Shown: positions 32,919-35,306 of the stretch, piece by piece | Layout of the letters: the number at the start of each line of letters is the position of its first letter | How positions within the stretch are numbered: position 1 is the first letter of the stretch | From: a virus | Lineage: Duplodnaviria > Caudoviricetes | Reading direction: 5' to 3' (one strand) | Virus record (IMG/VR): IMGVR_UViG_3300025066_000078 | Coordinates: 1-35,306 of that record | DNA: 35,306 bases | The notes under the pieces: generated by a model | The model's database searches: none | What the model saw: only the letters and a program-made list of their open reading frames with translations | Told to the model about the DNA's origin: nothing | Translations under genes and position numbers: made by a program

Positions 32919-34394
32919 ATGAAATTAGACGAAAAGGCAATAGACAAGATGATTGTAGAAGTGTTAAACGAAAGGGAGGAATTTCCATATTCGGTTCAGA
33001 ACCCGAAGGATTTTCCACACTATAAAGGACACTCAGCACAAGCCAAGTCAGCAATAAATGCACTCATGGGAGCCGTCCATCCAGATAATATTCTTGATAA
33101 TAAAGACATTCAATATTTGATCGACAATGTAGATGCTTTAGAAATAGAACACGTAAAAGCATCAAGATTTTTAATAAGGAGTTTTAAAGATGGCCTGAAG
33201 GATGGTAAATTTGGAACCCAAAATGAAATCAATAAAGCAAACACTGCGATAGAACTATTATCTCAGATCGAGCTGTCGTATGATCAGAAAGTTCAAGCCG
33301 CTCAAGTGCCGGATTCTACAATCTCAGGGCCAGAGTTTTCCACAAGAAGAGCAGAGACTGGTGAATTTCCACCAGCACAAAAAATGATAGTACAAAGAGC
33401 CATGGCCCATGCCGGAAATATCTACAGCAGGATAAAAGCTCTTAGTAAAATCTCTAGTCAGTATTTTCAAGCATCTGTTGGGAAGGGAACTGGAAAAGAT
33501 GATTTACAAAGCAAAACTGCATCGGAGATATTGAATGATATAATGTTATTGGATACTTTCAACTATGTCATCAAAGATATGGACGCAGGAGCAGGTGCTT
33601 ATCTTTTTGAATATCTTCTCGCCATGCTGGTTGAAGGTAGAGTAACGGGAAAAGAAACAACTGATGAAGGAAAAATGGGAGCCACTGACTTCATAAGCGC
33701 AGATGGGACCAAGGGTAGTGCAAAATACTATTCCAACCCTTCAAATGTAGGCCAAGCCGTTGGTGGGTTTAACGTCAATGAACCTGTAAAATATGTCGTG
33801 GGCATAAAAAAAGAAGACATAAAAGACACAGGAAGAAATCAGGCTAGTAAAGGTGGAAAATCAGATCCAGCAAGAATAGTCGCAATTGACTTGTTTTATT
33901 TTTCTGTAAACATGGATAGCCGTGGAAAGTTTAAAGCCGGTAACAGGGATTTGAAAGTTAAAGTGGATGGTACGAAGAAAAAAGTTATACTAGACAGTGC
34001 GATTGACAAAAGCTCACACGCAGGAACAATTTATCTAGCATCTGTAGCCACTTCAAATTTTGCTGAGATGATGGACAATGCTATAGAAACAACACAACAA
34101 GATATTCAAGAAGCATACACTGCTATGAAAAATATGTTCGCCGAGATGCAAACAGTAAAACAATCTACAAAGATGTATATTTCTTCTGGTGATATTGCCA
34201 AAGGAAATGATGCATTCGAATCCTTGAAGAAAACAGAGGATAATTTCTCAACAGTCGTTAAAAAGCTAGCCAGCGAAGAAGGGTACGGTCAAATGGATCA
34301 AACAACCAATAAAATCGTTCAAGAAAATAAGTTCGAATCTCTTGACCAACTGATAGCCGAATCGATACGAGACATAAGAAAAAGTATAAAATAA
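32919..34394 (+). CDS. hypothetical protein, possible virion protein with restriction-endonuclease-like core
   Basis: MKLDEKAIDKMIVEVLNE N-terminus; AGAYLFEYLLAML..G...TDF.....GSAKYY. Confidence 0.6.
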   Translation: MKLDEKAIDKMIVEVLNEREEFPYSVQNPKDFPHYKGHSAQAKSAINALMGAVHPDNILDNKDIQYLIDNVDALEIEHVKASRFLIRSFKDGLKDGKFGTQNEINKANTAIELLSQIELSYDQKVQAAQVPDSTISGPEFSTRRAETGEFPPAQKMIVQRAMAHAGNIYSRIKALSKISSQYFQASVGKGTGKDDLQSKTASEILNDIMLLDTFNYVIKDMDAGAGAYLFEYLLAMLVEGRVTGKETTDEGKMGATDFISADGTKGSAKYYSNPSNVGQAVGGFNVNEPVKYVVGIKKEDIKDTGRNQASKGGKSDPARIVAIDLFYFSVNMDSRGKFKAGNRDLKVKVDGTKKKVILDSAIDKSSHAGTIYLASVATSNFAEMMDNAIETTQQDIQEAYTAMKNMFAEMQTVKQSTKMYISSGDIAKGNDAFESLKKTEDNFSTVVKKLASEEGYGQMDQTTNKIVQENKFESLDQLIAESIRDIRKSIK

Positions 34395-34397
34395 TAC

Positions 34398-34426
34398 TTG
34401 ACAAATAACCCAAAAGCGGTTATAAT
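34398..34426 (+). promoter_or_regulatory. sigma70-type promoter P16
   Basis: TTGACA 34398-34403, 17-nt spacer, TATAAT 34421-34426. Confidence 0.85.
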
Positions 34427-34454
34427 ATATATATAAGTTTAACATGGAGGCCAA

Positions 34455-35306
34455 ATGAATAAGACTTATTCTAACGGAAGTGCTTTGTCCGAAGCTCTTC
34501 TAAGAGGTATCGACACTCTTGCTGATAACGTAGCAAGCACTCTCGGTCCTAAAGGACGAAACGTGATTCTATATCACAAAGACCAAGACACTCCCGTCGT
34601 AACAAAAGACGGAGTAACCATCGCCAAGTTCATTGAGCTTGATGATCCGGTCGAACACGTTGGAGCACAGATTGTGAAACAAGCAGCAGAACAGTCAGCC
34701 AACACAGCCGGAGATGGAACGACAACAACTACCGTTCTTGCAAGAGCCATGATCAAAGAGGCTCAAAGGTATATTGTAAGCGGTGTCTCTCCAATTGAAA
34801 TAAAGAGAGGAATGGATATGGCTTGTCAACAGATCGTTGAAACCCTGAAAGAGTCTGCAAGACAGATAAGATCAGAAGAAGACATCAGAGACATCGCAAC
34901 CATATCAGCAAACAATGATGAATCTATTGGAACACTTATATCCACAGCCGTTGATAAAGCGGGCAAGGATGGCTCTGTGCTCATTGAAGAGGCAAGGTCT
35001 ATGAAAACCACCTTGGAACTCATAGAGGGCTTTAGAATGGACACTGGGTACCTTGCAAGCTCATTTATAACCAATGAGAGAACAGGTACTGTGGAATATG
35101 ACAATCCCCTCATTCTTGTAACAGATGATAAGGTGGAACATGTTGAACAGATTTATCCAACTTTGGAATTAGCAGCAAGAGAATCCCGTCCTCTTGTTTT
35201 GGTGGCCTCCGAAGTGGAGGGTCAAGCTCTTGCTGCCCTTATTATGAATAGCGTTAGGGGCACGATGAAAGTCTGTGCCGTTAAAGCACCCAGATATGGC
35301 GAGGAA
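34455..35306 (+). CDS. groEL: chaperonin GroEL (5' part; truncated by window end)
   Basis: STLGPKGRNV, TKDGVTIAK, AGDGTTT, ATISANND, EGQALAAL, AVKAPRYG; RBS GGAGG; absent from ORF track because there is no stop in the window. Confidence 0.96.
   Translation, partial: MNKTYSNGSALSEALLRGIDTLADNVASTLGPKGRNVILYHKDQDTPVVTKDGVTIAKFIELDDPVEHVGAQIVKQAAEQSANTAGDGTTTTTVLARAMIKEAQRYIVSGVSPIEIKRGMDMACQQIVETLKESARQIRSEEDIRDIATISANNDESIGTLISTAVDKAGKDGSVLIEEARSMKTTLELIEGFRMDTGYLASSFITNERTGTVEYDNPLILVTDDKVEHVEQIYPTLELAARESRPLVLVASEVEGQALAALIMNSVRGTMKVCAVKAPRYGEE

Noticed and set aside
261-34426. Dispersed repeats as a CRISPR array or integron attC sites
   Set aside because: Copies are mostly hundreds to thousands of bases apart, are recognisable -35/-10 promoters, and no cas or integrase gene is present
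1-35306. Alternative genetic code (stop-codon reassignment)
   Set aside because: Conserved genes are full length in code 11, and TAA, TAG and TGA all end genes at expected positions
1-35306. Bacterial chromosome origin
   Set aside because: gp32/gp41-type genes, split groES/groEL, uniform strand, many tiny orphan ORFs and repeated consensus promoters fit a large phage better; no capsid or terminase gene is in the window, so this remains an inference

Overview
A 35.3-kb, AT-rich, densely co-oriented (+ strand) segment that is most likely from a large (jumbo-type) tailed dsDNA bacteriophage; it does not look like a bacterial chromosome. It carries a T4-style replication/recombination set (gp32-like SSB, RecA/UvsX, 5'-3' exonuclease/RNase H, gp41/DnaB-like helicase) combined with a bacterial-type family C polymerase (DnaE). 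Other content: nucleotide enzymes (class II RNR, ThyX, dUTPase, adenosine deaminase family), proteostasis genes (GroES, GroEL, J-domain protein, ClpS, ClpP), a tRNA-CAT (probably Ile2), a nuclease plus adenine methyltransferase pair, an amidase/endolysin and many small unknown ORFs. The non-coding architecture is the most striking part. (i) There are 16 copies of a TTGACA-N16/17-TATA(A/T/C/G)T promoter module, and several accessory genes are bracketed by closely matching promoter pairs. (ii) A second motif, CTA(T/A/G)TTA, precedes putative late/virion genes. (iii) A predicted pseudoknot with compensatory base changes recurs in three gene leaders, including the leader of the SSB gene. All protein assignments come from motif recognition by eye; no database searches were run.
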